Shown: positions 1 to 8,742 of the stretch, piece by piece
Numbering within the stretch: the stretch's first letter is position 1
Layout of the letters: each line of letters starts with the position of its first letter
Origin: Gammaproteobacteria bacterium
GTDB lineage: Bacteria > Pseudomonadota > Gammaproteobacteria > Eutrophobiales > Eutrophobiaceae
Direction: 5' to 3'
Length of the DNA stretch: 64,000 bases
Assembly: GCA_965238225.1 (NCBI GenBank)
Contig: OZ250183.1
Coordinates: forward strand, 960,001-1,024,000
Translations under genes and position numbers: made by a program
Notes under the pieces: generated by a model
What the model saw: the letters and a program-made list of their open reading frames with translations, nothing else
What the model was told of the DNA's origin: nothing
Databases searched by the model: none

Positions 1-644
1 TAACGTGCCGCTTTAGATACTGATTGTTCTATTGCTTTGCCTAATTCAGGAGTTATTGCCCGCTCAACCATCACCTGCTCGCAACCAATTAATTCGCCAG
101 TTTCTTCGAAGATACAGGTAGCACCATTTTTGACCAATTTATCGAAACATTTGCCCACAGCAGGGTTGGCAGATATTCCGCTGGTACCATCAGATCCGCC
201 ACAAATGGTGCCAACGACCAGTTCATCCAAGTTCATATTAACTTGTTTAACATTGGCAATTTCAGATAATATTTTTTTGACAGATATAAGGCCAGCATCG
301 ATGGTTTTTTTGGTTCCTCCAGTTTTCTGAATGATCAGAGTTTCAACCGGTCGACCGCTATCTCGGATAATTTGATGAAGAGATTCACGATCAAAACCTT
401 CACATCCTAATGACATCAGTAACACACCGCCAACATTCGAATGAGTACAAAGTGCTTTCATGATTTTTAATGCATAGTCATTAGGAAAACAACCAGGGAA
501 ACCGATTAAATGTACTGAAGGATCATTGCTCTGGGTAACTATTGATCGTGCGACATGATGGGCGCATTCAACCAAATATACGACGATAGTGACATTGCGA
601 ATGCCTTTTTTATTGTCTTTTCGGAGAAAACCTTTCACATGCAT
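1..644 (-). CDS. UxaA/GarD-family sugar-acid dehydratase, large subunit (5' part; runs off the window start)
   Basis: Not in the ORF track. Manual translation from ATG at 644 gives MHVKGFLRKDNKKGIRNVTIVVYLVECAHHVAR...GFPGCFP...HSNVGGVLLMSLGCEGF...GTICGGSDGTSGISANPAVG, typical of the altronate dehydratase family. Confidence 0.9.
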   Translation of the reverse strand, partial: MHVKGFLRKDNKKGIRNVTIVVYLVECAHHVARSIVTQSNDPSVHLIGFPGCFPNDYALKIMKALCTHSNVGGVLLMSLGCEGFDRESLHQIIRDSGRPVETLIIQKTGGTKKTIDAGLISVKKILSEIANVKQVNMNLDELVVGTICGGSDGTSGISANPAVGKCFDKLVKNGATCIFEETGELIGCEQVMVERAITPELGKAIEQSVSKAAR

Positions 645-663
645 GTTCCTATTTTAAATCTTG

Positions 664-960
664 CTAATTCTCCAGCAGTTTTTCGCGCGTGTGTGGGGAT
701 ATGTAATCACTCTTCATGTTGTTAAAGTGAATATGTTCACCCGGCTGAATATCCTGCAGGGCAGAACCAATAGCGACACCGTACTTAATAACTTTATCCC
801 CTTGTTTGATATTACGTCGAGACACCTTGTGACCAAGGTCTATTTCATTTATCAGCACTAGTTTCTCATTTTCAATGCTAATATTTTCACCCGCCTTGGA
901 ATATTGACAACATACTAATACGTTATCGTTTGGGTGTAGCAGAATAAATTTACTTCGCAT
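664..960 (-). CDS. SAF-domain small subunit of a split UxaA-family dehydratase
   Basis: LLHPNDNVLV...GHKVSRRNIKQGDKVIKYGVAIGSA...IQPGEHIHFNN SAF motif; lies directly upstream of the large subunit. Confidence 0.9.
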   Translation of the reverse strand: MRSKFILLHPNDNVLVCCQYSKAGENISIENEKLVLINEIDLGHKVSRRNIKQGDKVIKYGVAIGSALQDIQPGEHIHFNNMKSDYISPHTREKLLEN

Positions 961-1011
961 TCAACGACTTGTTTCTATAATTTGTTATGTTTGCCAGCCT
1001 CGATCAAAGGA

Positions 1012-1848
1012 TCAAAGACTATAAAAAGTCTGAGCATTATGACCTAGAATACGAATTTGTTCATCCACGCCTAACGACTGTATAAACCGATCCACCATAT
1101 TGTACCACGAGCGGTAATTAGAAGACATATTCACAACCGGCCAATCACTGCCCCACATTAGTCTTTTTGCTCCGAAGCTGTCCAACAGATGCTGCATATA
1201 GGGTTCTATTACCTCGTATGATGGATTATCTCCAGTTTCGGTCAAAAGACCAGACAGCTTGCAGTAAGCATTGGTGTCACTGGCAATCAAACTAATGTTA
1301 TCCGCCCAAGGTTGAAAGGAGTTGTTGAAAATTTCTGGTTTGGCACCATGATCAATGACAACCTTCAGGTTTGGATGACGACGCAATAAGGCGTGCAGAT
1401 TTTGTATGTGTTGAGGTTTTATCAGCGCATCAAATGTTAGCCCCAGATCGGTCAATTTATCGTAGATGAGTTGTAATTCAGGGAGTAGCATCCATTCTGG
1501 ATCAGCAATGTCCTGTATCATTGGGCGAATACCTAGGAAAAAAGAATGTTCCGATAATTGTTCGATATTAGATATTGCGGTCTTCTTTTCTAAGTCAACC
1601 CAACCTACAACGCCCGCTATGAAATCCGTTTCTTCAGCCAATTCTAACAGATAAAAGGTTTCTTCAAGAGTCGGTGCAGCCTGCACTAGGATAGTTTTAT
1701 TAATTCCAGCCTGCTTCAGATGAGGTAGTAAGTCGGATGGCTGAAAGTTCTTGTACAAGGTTGTCAGTTTTTCTGTCAACCAGCCGTAATCACCACGACT
1801 TATCTGCCAGAAATGTTGATGACTGTCAATACATACTGAATGCGGCAC
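1012..1848 (-). CDS. Amidohydrolase_2 family sugar lactonase (L-fuconolactonase-like)
   Basis: IDSHQHFW, VIDHGAKP, YCKLSGL and RLMWGSDWPV motifs; operon context. Confidence 0.85.
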   Translation of the reverse strand: MPHSVCIDSHQHFWQISRGDYGWLTEKLTTLYKNFQPSDLLPHLKQAGINKTILVQAAPTLEETFYLLELAEETDFIAGVVGWVDLEKKTAISNIEQLSEHSFFLGIRPMIQDIADPEWMLLPELQLIYDKLTDLGLTFDALIKPQHIQNLHALLRRHPNLKVVIDHGAKPEIFNNSFQPWADNISLIASDTNAYCKLSGLLTETGDNPSYEVIEPYMQHLLDSFGAKRLMWGSDWPVVNMSSNYRSWYNMVDRFIQSLGVDEQIRILGHNAQTFYSL

Positions 1849-1852
1849 CCAC

Positions 1853-2890
1853 TCAATCTCCTTCTACCGGCACAGGCGCGGACGGATGCAATAACTCACC
1901 GTCCTTGAGTGCCTGCCAAAATTCTGCTGGGATGGAGTATGTGAATAATTCCAGTGTTTGTTTAACCCTTTGGGGTTTACCCATGCCGACAGTCACGTTG
2001 ACGACGCTGGGATGGGCGAGAGGAAATTGTAATGCCGCTGCGGCTAAAGGAATCTGATAGCTGTCACAGATTAATTCGATTTGACGGATGCGGTCAATAA
2101 TCTCTGCCGAAGCTGGCTCATAATCGTAGTGAAGAGGTTTTTCGGATTTGCTGCCTAGAGCAAGAATTCCAGAATTATAGACACCGCCTGCAATGACAGA
2201 GGATTTTCGAGATTCGCATTTAGGCAGGAAAGTATCAAGCGCTTTTTGTTCAAGCAAGGTATATCGTCCAGCCAATAAGAAACAATCAAAATCCCCGTAT
2301 TCCATTGCCTCTTCACAAACCTCATACTCGTTCACACCAAGACCAAAAGCACGTATTTGACCAGAAGAACGTAATTCATCTAATGCTTTATACCCGCTGT
2401 TCATGGCTATCTTAAACAGATTCGCGTGATCTTTACCATGGGTTAGCTTGCCAATATCGTGCATGTAAATGATATCGATACGACTTAACCCAAGACGTTG
2501 CAGGCTGTCTTCAAAAGAGCGCATAATACCGTCATAACTATAGTCATATACTGCCTCAAAAGGCATAGCGGAATAATAAGCACACCGGCCAATATTTTCA
2601 TCGACTGGTGCACAGGGCGCTAACATGCGTCCAACCTTGGTGGACAGGATAAAGCTCTTTCGATCTTGCTGTCGCAATACATCGCCAACCCTTCTCTCGC
2701 TAAGACCGAAGCCATAGTAGGGAGCTGTATCTATGTAGCTCAGACCACTATCAAGCGCGCAACGCACTGTTTCCCTAGCATCTTCATCGCTTACTGGATG
2801 ATACAGGTTACCCAAAGTGGCGCAGCCGAGTCCCAGCGTTACAATGTCAAGATCGGTACTGCCAATTTTTCGAGTGCTCAGGTTCTGCAT
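1853..2890 (-). CDS. Aldo/keto reductase, D-threo-aldose (L-fucose/D-arabinose) 1-dehydrogenase-like
   Basis: GLGCATLGNLY, DTAPYYGFGLSERRVG, LSTKVGR, YDYSYDGIMRSFEDSLQRLG, LLAGRYTLLEQ. Confidence 0.85.
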   Translation of the reverse strand: MQNLSTRKIGSTDLDIVTLGLGCATLGNLYHPVSDEDARETVRCALDSGLSYIDTAPYYGFGLSERRVGDVLRQQDRKSFILSTKVGRMLAPCAPVDENIGRCAYYSAMPFEAVYDYSYDGIMRSFEDSLQRLGLSRIDIIYMHDIGKLTHGKDHANLFKIAMNSGYKALDELRSSGQIRAFGLGVNEYEVCEEAMEYGDFDCFLLAGRYTLLEQKALDTFLPKCESRKSSVIAGGVYNSGILALGSKSEKPLHYDYEPASAEIIDRIRQIELICDSYQIPLAAAALQFPLAHPSVVNVTVGMGKPQRVKQTLELFTYSIPAEFWQALKDGELLHPSAPVPVEGD

Positions 2891-2902
2891 AGTAAAATTT
2901 AT

Positions 2903-2914
2903 GTTGTATATGTG
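2903..2914. promoter_or_regulatory. Candidate GntR/FadR-type operator site (GTTGTATATGTG) upstream of the AKR operon
   Basis: Shares a GTTG(T/C)RTA core with sites at 3347-3358, 5509-5520 and 5527-5539. Confidence 0.4.
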
Positions 2915-2942
2915 AAATCATGTAATAATATCAGAGGGCTGT

Positions 2943-2968
2943 CAATCAGCAAACGCAATCAGCAAACG
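2943..2968. repeat. Perfect 13-bp tandem duplication (CAATCAGCAAACG)x2
   Basis: Read directly from the sequence. Confidence 0.9.
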
Positions 2969-3346
2969 TAAAGATGATAGCTGTTTTTTTTACTGTTTTA
3001 ACCGTTCAATTTAATTGTTAGATTTTATTGGTGTTTGCTGAAGCGTCTCGACAAATTAGAATGTTCGAGGAACATTTAAGCAACTGGAAAGCATTTAGAT
3101 TGTCTAAAGCAAAAATAAGCACTATTATCAAAGGAGTTCGTAAATAGGGATTTGAAAAAATTAAAAGCCTGCAAGTACAAGGCGTTATTGGTATCGGTTG
3201 TCCCGTCTTTAATTTTTTTCGGTGAGATTATTGCAGCATTAGTGACCCCTTTTCCTGAACATTTGGATGGTTCTCAATAGTGTTAATTTTGCTGCAGCCA
3301 AGGAAAATACTCGGTAAAGTCGCGCAATCAATTCCTGTAGAACTCG

Positions 3347-3358
3347 GATATACACAAC
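3347..3358. promoter_or_regulatory. Candidate operator site upstream of fucU (reverse complement GTTGTGTATATC)
   Basis: Similar to the other three sites in the locus. Confidence 0.4.
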
Positions 3359-3398
3359 CAGATAAACTGATGTATTTATTTTTAAAGATGCAAAAAGA

Positions 3399-3836
3399 AT
3401 GTTAAAAAATGTCGATCCGATATTAGGACCTGACTTGCTTCAAGTATTGCGGGCAATGGGTCATGGGGATGAAATTGCCATTGTTGATGCTAATCATCCT
3501 GCTGAAACACGGGCAAAACGATTAATCAGAATGGATGGTCTCACCGCGACAAGAACGCTGGAAGCAATATTATCACTGTTACCATTGGATACTTTTGCAG
3601 AAACACCGGTACATACCATGCAGGCAGTAGATGCGCCAGATGAGATACCTGAAATTGTTACTGATTTTCAAGACATTGTTGCAAAGCGATCAGATGCAAC
3701 AATCAAATTTGGTGCGTTAGAGCGATTTGTTTTTTATGATCGTGTTTCTGCAGCATTTGCAGTTATAGCAACTGGCGAGCAACGTTTATATGGCAATATC
3801 ATCCTGAAAAAGGGCATTATTGAGCCTGATAAGTGA
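3399..3836 (+). CDS. fucU: RbsD/FucU family sugar mutarotase
   Basis: MLKNVDPILGPDLLQVLRAMGHGDEIAIVDANHP...LERFVFYDR...VIATGEQRLYGNIILKKG. Confidence 0.9.
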   Translation: MLKNVDPILGPDLLQVLRAMGHGDEIAIVDANHPAETRAKRLIRMDGLTATRTLEAILSLLPLDTFAETPVHTMQAVDAPDEIPEIVTDFQDIVAKRSDATIKFGALERFVFYDRVSAAFAVIATGEQRLYGNIILKKGIIEPDK

Positions 3837-3916
3837 TTTGTAACTACTATTTAGACAAGGTAAGCAGTCTAGTTAACTTACATACCATTTAAAGTAGTGA
3901 AATAGGAATACAGTTT

Positions 3917-5053
3917 ATGACAAAGTTTAATGGTCTTGGTATGACACTGGGGAACCTGTCCCGTTTATCATCTGCGAAATCACGTTCTATCTCACCTGAA
4001 AATTTTACTGGTGAATCTGGAAAAGGCGGGATGGCGACCGAGGGGACTGGAGCTTCAGCAGCAAGGGAGCTTGGTCAGGGCTGGAAAATATCACCATCGG
4101 TTGAACTTGCGCCTGGTGTTGATTTTACTTTAGCCGATATTCAGACAGGTGGCGCAATTCAGCAGATATGGATTACATCAATGGGGACTAAAAAACGTGA
4201 CCTCATTTTGCGCATGTACTGGGATGATCAAAAACAGCCATCAGTGGAAGTACCGATTGGAGATTTTTTTTGTTGTGGATTGGAACATTACGCCCACGTG
4301 TCCTCATTACCTGTGTGTGTCAATCCAGGTTTGGCATTTAGCTGTTTCTGGGAAATGCCTTATCGGAGTAACGCTAGAATCACCTTAGAAAACCGAGATC
4401 CAAGCCAATCTGCGACGGTGTATTACCAGATCAATTATACAGAAACAGAGGTGCCAAAAGACTGCGCCTATTTCCACGCACAGTTTCGTCGTACTAATCC
4501 AGTACCTTACAAGGGATTACATGTGCTGCTTGATGGTGTGCAGGGCAGGGGGCACTATGTAGGCACCTATATGGTTTGGGGGGTTCATAATTCTGGTTGG
4601 TGGGGCGAAGGTGAGATTAAGTTCTTCATTGACGACGACACGGATTTCCCAACGATCTGCGGCACGGGAACCGAGGATTATTTTCTAGGTTCGCATAATT
4701 TTGATGTTGGCACTGCAAAAGCAGAAAATGGGTATCCGAACGCCTATTCAGAATACTCGACAGCTTATGCGGGCGTCCCAGAAATACGGCGCCCGGATGG
4801 TGTTTATCAGTCTCAACTACGCTTTGGAATGTATCGTTGGCATATTCCAGATCCCATTCGCTTTGCGAAAAAACTCGACGTAACTATCCAAGCTCTGGGT
4901 TGGCGAGACTTCTGCAACTGGGGCGGGGACATCAAACAGCGGCGGTATCTACCCTTGCAGGACGATCTCTCATCTGTAGTTTTCTGGTATCAGACCTTGC
5001 CGACCGCTATTTTTCCTGAATTACCTGACCGAGATACTCTGGAACTGAACTAA
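3917..5053 (+). CDS. DUF2961 / glycoside hydrolase family 172 (alpha-D-arabinofuranosidase/alpha-D-fructofuranosidase-like), no signal peptide
   Basis: SRSISPENFTGESGKGGMA, LRMYWDD...PSVEVPIGDFF, YFHAQFRR, GWWGEGE...GTGTEDYF, YRWHIPDPIRF. Confidence 0.88.
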   Translation: MTKFNGLGMTLGNLSRLSSAKSRSISPENFTGESGKGGMATEGTGASAARELGQGWKISPSVELAPGVDFTLADIQTGGAIQQIWITSMGTKKRDLILRMYWDDQKQPSVEVPIGDFFCCGLEHYAHVSSLPVCVNPGLAFSCFWEMPYRSNARITLENRDPSQSATVYYQINYTETEVPKDCAYFHAQFRRTNPVPYKGLHVLLDGVQGRGHYVGTYMVWGVHNSGWWGEGEIKFFIDDDTDFPTICGTGTEDYFLGSHNFDVGTAKAENGYPNAYSEYSTAYAGVPEIRRPDGVYQSQLRFGMYRWHIPDPIRFAKKLDVTIQALGWRDFCNWGGDIKQRRYLPLQDDLSSVVFWYQTLPTAIFPELPDRDTLELN

Positions 5054-5170
5054 ATCTGGATTCAGTTCTCGCTGCCAAAGATCAATGCGCGGTCTCACAA
5101 ACCACCACATGCATGTCAAGCTGCTTCCTTAGAGTATCAAATACTGATTGGCGTATTTGTAACCTGCCAA

Positions 5171-5484
5171 GGATCGTGTGGTCATTCCTTAGTTTTCGAG
5201 CGCCAGTCCTTCAGGCAAACCTAAAGCGCGAGATTCTTGCAGTTGATCCAGAACGCACTAAGCGCATAACCTAGAGTTAATAGACAGATTTGCGTTCTGT
5301 CCTGCACAAACGCAGGGGCATAGTCATCGACAATTTTAATACCCGAAAGCGTTGCCTATCTGCCAACCGGTCAGATATAAAATTCAGGGACTATAACGTT
5401 CATTGGACTTGCCCAATACCGACCAGAATATGCAACCGAATCGGTCTTTTTTATTTCTTCGCGTGCACTTACATCCCAAACTTA
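5171..5484 (-). mobile_element. Degenerate IS3-family transposase (OrfB integrase core) relic
   Basis: Minus-strand fragments across stops and frameshifts: FGM*VHAKK*KRPIR / NER / *SLNFISDRLADRQRFRVLK / IVDDY / LDQLQESRALGLPEGLALEN. These resemble the IS3 consensus LQVRTKKRKK...NERWSxDFVSDQLADGRRFRVLNIVDDYSREC...LDQL..RGLP...DNG. Confidence 0.75.
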
Positions 5485-5508
5485 TAGGGGCAAGATCACA
5501 TACATTTA

Positions 5509-5556
5509 TGTATATACAACAATGATGTTGCATACACAATATTGCTATGGTACTCT
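5509..5556 (+). promoter_or_regulatory. Sigma-70-like promoter of the TonB-dependent receptor, with two candidate operators at and just upstream of the -35
   Basis: TTGCAT(5528-5533)-17 nt-TACTCT(5551-5556) with TG extension. Palindrome TGTATATACA (5509-5518) lies just upstream, and GTTGCATACACAA (5527-5539) overlaps the -35. Confidence 0.5.
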
Positions 5557-5608
5557 GGCGTAGCGTTCGATGCTAATAGTGATTACTGTAATTCGTTAGC
5601 TATCCTTA

Positions 5609-5634
5609 GTTAATAGTGTTTGTTAATAGTGTTT
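5609..5634. repeat. Perfect 13-bp tandem duplication (GTTAATAGTGTTT)x2
   Basis: Read directly from the sequence. Confidence 0.9.
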
Positions 5635-5691
5635 AGGATACAGCTTTTATTTTGTTATCTTATAAATTAATGTATTGGGGGATTTAGTCCA

Positions 5692-8559
5692 ATGATGAAA
5701 CTTCAGTTAGAAAAACCGTTATTTGCAGTTCTTGTCACGCTACTTATAGGCACCGCGCCTGTATTTGCGCAAGAAGAGCCTTCGAAAGAAAAGGCACAGG
5801 AAGAAGAAGTAGTAGTAAGGGGCATTAGGCAATCGGTAGAAGAATCTCTTAATATCAAACAGGATGCGACAAATTTTGTTGATGCTATTAGCTCAGAAGA
5901 CATTGGCAAATTACCGGATCAAAACGTCGCAGAAGCTCTACAGCGTGTAGCTGGTGTTGCGATTCAGCGTAGCCGAGGTGAAGGTGATTTTATTTCAATA
6001 CGCGGATTAGGTCCAGATTTTGTCCGCGGTACCGTAAATGGCCATTCCCTTTTAAGTGCTACAGAAGCGGTTGACCCGATTTTCAATGGTAATTTTATAA
6101 CCAGCACTGGTCGTGCAACCAATTTCGATATTCTCCCATCCGAAATTGTTAAGACCTTGGAGGTTTTCAAATCATCATCGGCTAAGCATGTTGAAGGTGC
6201 TATTGGCGGCAGCGTCAATGTAGTAACGCTTGATCGTTTGGCTTCAGACGACACTTATGTTGCCTCTACGACCGGATCATACCGACGTTTTAACGAAGAG
6301 TTCGATCCATCCGTTGCTGGTGTAGGCAGCTGGACAAACGAAGCCGGTGACCTGAGCGGGCTGTTATCAATTTCCCATAATACACGTAATATTCGGGAAG
6401 ATTTCTCTCGTATGTTTGGTTGGTTTCCTTCTTTTGGTATAGTAGATACTATGTTGGATACCGACAATGATGGTGTCGCTGATACTGCGCCTTCAGCAGT
6501 ACCATTTCCCTTGTCCAATAATGCCGAGGTCTATGATGAAGATAGGCAGCGCAATACCCTAGTAGGTACCATTACATGGCAACAGTCCGACAATACAGAT
6601 ATCGTTCTTGATATGCTTTACAGTAAGCGCAATGTGGATGAATCGCATTCTAACCTGATTTTTCTACCTATCATCCGACATGGACCTGCTGCGGATAATG
6701 GTAATGATCTGGCATCAAGCACGGTTAATACCGATGGCAGTATCCAAGTCAGGGATCTTCTAACCAATGGTGCTTTTTCTACGCTTCCTACCACTCTCCG
6801 ACCGGAATTGACTACTGATCTGCAGGATTATGAGGATTCATTGCTGTCTTTTTCTATTAACATGGCTAAGCGTATCGATGTTTGGACACTTACGGCGGAT
6901 GCAAGTTACTCGAAGGCGGAAGGCAAAAATAGATTTGATAGAGTCAGGATCGATGGCGATAACGGTACGTTCGCATTCAATACCACCATTGGCGATGATG
7001 GGTTTGACATTACACAGACAAACCAAAATGGCACTGCCAGCAATCTGGGAAATCCTGGGAATTTTGTGATATCCGTTTTCGATGATCGTTCTGCTACCAA
7101 CGAAGATGAGGAAGTTGCCTTACAATTTGATATAGAGAGGGCAATAAATAGTGATGTTTTCTCATCTCTCAGTTTTGGCGGGCGCTATAGAACCCGTGAA
7201 AAAAATGTTGAGCGTGCCACCAACGGTAACGGTATTTCCGTTACAGGTGCCGATATTACATTGGCATCTGCTGGTAGTTACTTGACGGGCGCAGATAATT
7301 TTCTAGATGGTACTTGGAACGGCACTATTGACTATTCCAGCTTGGTCTTTCCGGGCAACGCAGCGGCAAGGGCTGCGCTAGCAAGTTATATGGCGACCAA
7401 TAATTTATCGACGGCGCTTAGCGCGGATCCCTTCGGCACCTTCAGCATAACAGAGGACACCTTAGCGGCTTATGTGCAGATTGATCTAGATGGCGCAATT
7501 GGCAGTGTAAATTATGTTGGTGATATTGGTTTTCGAGTAGTATTAACAGATACTATTATTGGAGGCAATGATGCGGAGTTCCGTATTACGGATACTGGCG
7601 GAACGGATACGACTGTTTTTGATACTTTAACCACAGGTGAGGCCACGCCTATTGAGTTCGAAGAATCGTATACAAATGTGCTGCCGAGCATGAATTTTCG
7701 TTTCGAGTTAATAGAGGAGTTATTCCTTCGCGTCTCTGCGTCGAGAACTTTAACACGACCGACATTTAATAACCTAGCGCCAGCTTTTCAAATCAATGCG
7801 AATTCATCTACCAATTTGAATGGAGATAACTATGCGGTTTCTTTGTCAGCAGGTAACCCAGATTTGAGACCATATGATTCCGAGAATTATGACATTGGTA
7901 TCGAGTGGTATTTTGCAGAAAGTAGTGCGGCGTATCTCGGTCTGTTCCACAAAGAGATAGATAATTTTATTGCTGTGACTACCAGCAATGATGTCTCAAC
8001 ATTGGCAGGCAAATCAATACGGGCGATTGGTGTAGAACAGGACGGTACGTCTGCGCCAATTAATATTGACCAGGTGAGCCAGCCGAGTAACCAAGGTAAA
8101 GCCGATATTACTGGTCTTGAAATGGGTTATCAGCAAGCATTTGACAATGGCTTTGGGTTTATCGGAAACATAACCTTGGCCGAGAGTTCAGCTAAACTTA
8201 TTACAACAAATGATGATATTCGTTTTCCTGGTGTGTCTGATATGAGCTATAACCTAACTGGATATTTTGAAAGAGGTCCATTTTCCTCACGCGTTTCTTG
8301 GAGTTATCGTGGTGAATATTTAATTGTCCCTGATGCTATCGGTTTTGGAGGTCAAATATTTCAAGATGGTTATGGTCAGCTTGACGCAACAACAAGCTAC
8401 CAGCTATCAGACAGCCTGACTTTATTTGCAAATGCTGTCAATCTAACTGATGAAACTGCGAAACAATATCAGGTCTTGCCGAATGGGATTGGCTCAAGAT
8501 TCCACTCAAATGCAATAGTCGGTCCACGTTTCGCAATTGGGATCAGAGCTTATTACTAA
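5692..8559 (+). CDS. TonB-dependent receptor (Xanthomonas/Caulobacter carbohydrate-uptake type)
   Basis: Signal peptide, TonB box EEVVVRGIR, plug VDAISSEDIGKLPDQNVAEALQRVAGV, AGNPDLRPY, aromatic C-terminus. Confidence 0.93.
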   Translation: MMKLQLEKPLFAVLVTLLIGTAPVFAQEEPSKEKAQEEEVVVRGIRQSVEESLNIKQDATNFVDAISSEDIGKLPDQNVAEALQRVAGVAIQRSRGEGDFISIRGLGPDFVRGTVNGHSLLSATEAVDPIFNGNFITSTGRATNFDILPSEIVKTLEVFKSSSAKHVEGAIGGSVNVVTLDRLASDDTYVASTTGSYRRFNEEFDPSVAGVGSWTNEAGDLSGLLSISHNTRNIREDFSRMFGWFPSFGIVDTMLDTDNDGVADTAPSAVPFPLSNNAEVYDEDRQRNTLVGTITWQQSDNTDIVLDMLYSKRNVDESHSNLIFLPIIRHGPAADNGNDLASSTVNTDGSIQVRDLLTNGAFSTLPTTLRPELTTDLQDYEDSLLSFSINMAKRIDVWTLTADASYSKAEGKNRFDRVRIDGDNGTFAFNTTIGDDGFDITQTNQNGTASNLGNPGNFVISVFDDRSATNEDEEVALQFDIERAINSDVFSSLSFGGRYRTREKNVERATNGNGISVTGADITLASAGSYLTGADNFLDGTWNGTIDYSSLVFPGNAAARAALASYMATNNLSTALSADPFGTFSITEDTLAAYVQIDLDGAIGSVNYVGDIGFRVVLTDTIIGGNDAEFRITDTGGTDTTVFDTLTTGEATPIEFEESYTNVLPSMNFRFELIEELFLRVSASRTLTRPTFNNLAPAFQINANSSTNLNGDNYAVSLSAGNPDLRPYDSENYDIGIEWYFAESSAAYLGLFHKEIDNFIAVTTSNDVSTLAGKSIRAIGVEQDGTSAPINIDQVSQPSNQGKADITGLEMGYQQAFDNGFGFIGNITLAESSAKLITTNDDIRFPGVSDMSYNLTGYFERGPFSSRVSWSYRGEYLIVPDAIGFGGQIFQDGYGQLDATTSYQLSDSLTLFANAVNLTDETAKQYQVLPNGIGSRFHSNAIVGPRFAIGIRAYY

Positions 8560-8600
8560 AAAAGCTCGGCCTATTGTTTCTCCCGCGTTAGGAAGCTAAA

Positions 8601-8652
8601 AGACAAGCGCGCTTTTTTGCCCCCGCCCATATCACAAAAAAGCGCTGTGTCT
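8601..8652 (+). other. Intercistronic stem-loop after the TBDR gene
   Basis: GCGCTTTTTTG (8609-8619) pairs with CAAAAAAGCGC (8635-8645); no downstream U-tract. Confidence 0.55.
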
Positions 8653-8742
8653 CTCTTCATGCCTGCCGTGTGCCCCGTGTGCGTGTAGTCGTGTTCTTCG
8701 GTATGAGTTACGCATTAATAGTCTTCATTAATTTCCCTGATA

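Noticed and set aside
37-330. Short ORFs opposite or inside long genes (this one and many others in the track)
   Set aside because: Antisense or alternate-frame shadows of well-supported genes with no recognisable motifs
5290-5487. 65-aa + strand ORF before the TBDR
   Set aside because: Antisense to the IS3 relic; no RBS or motif
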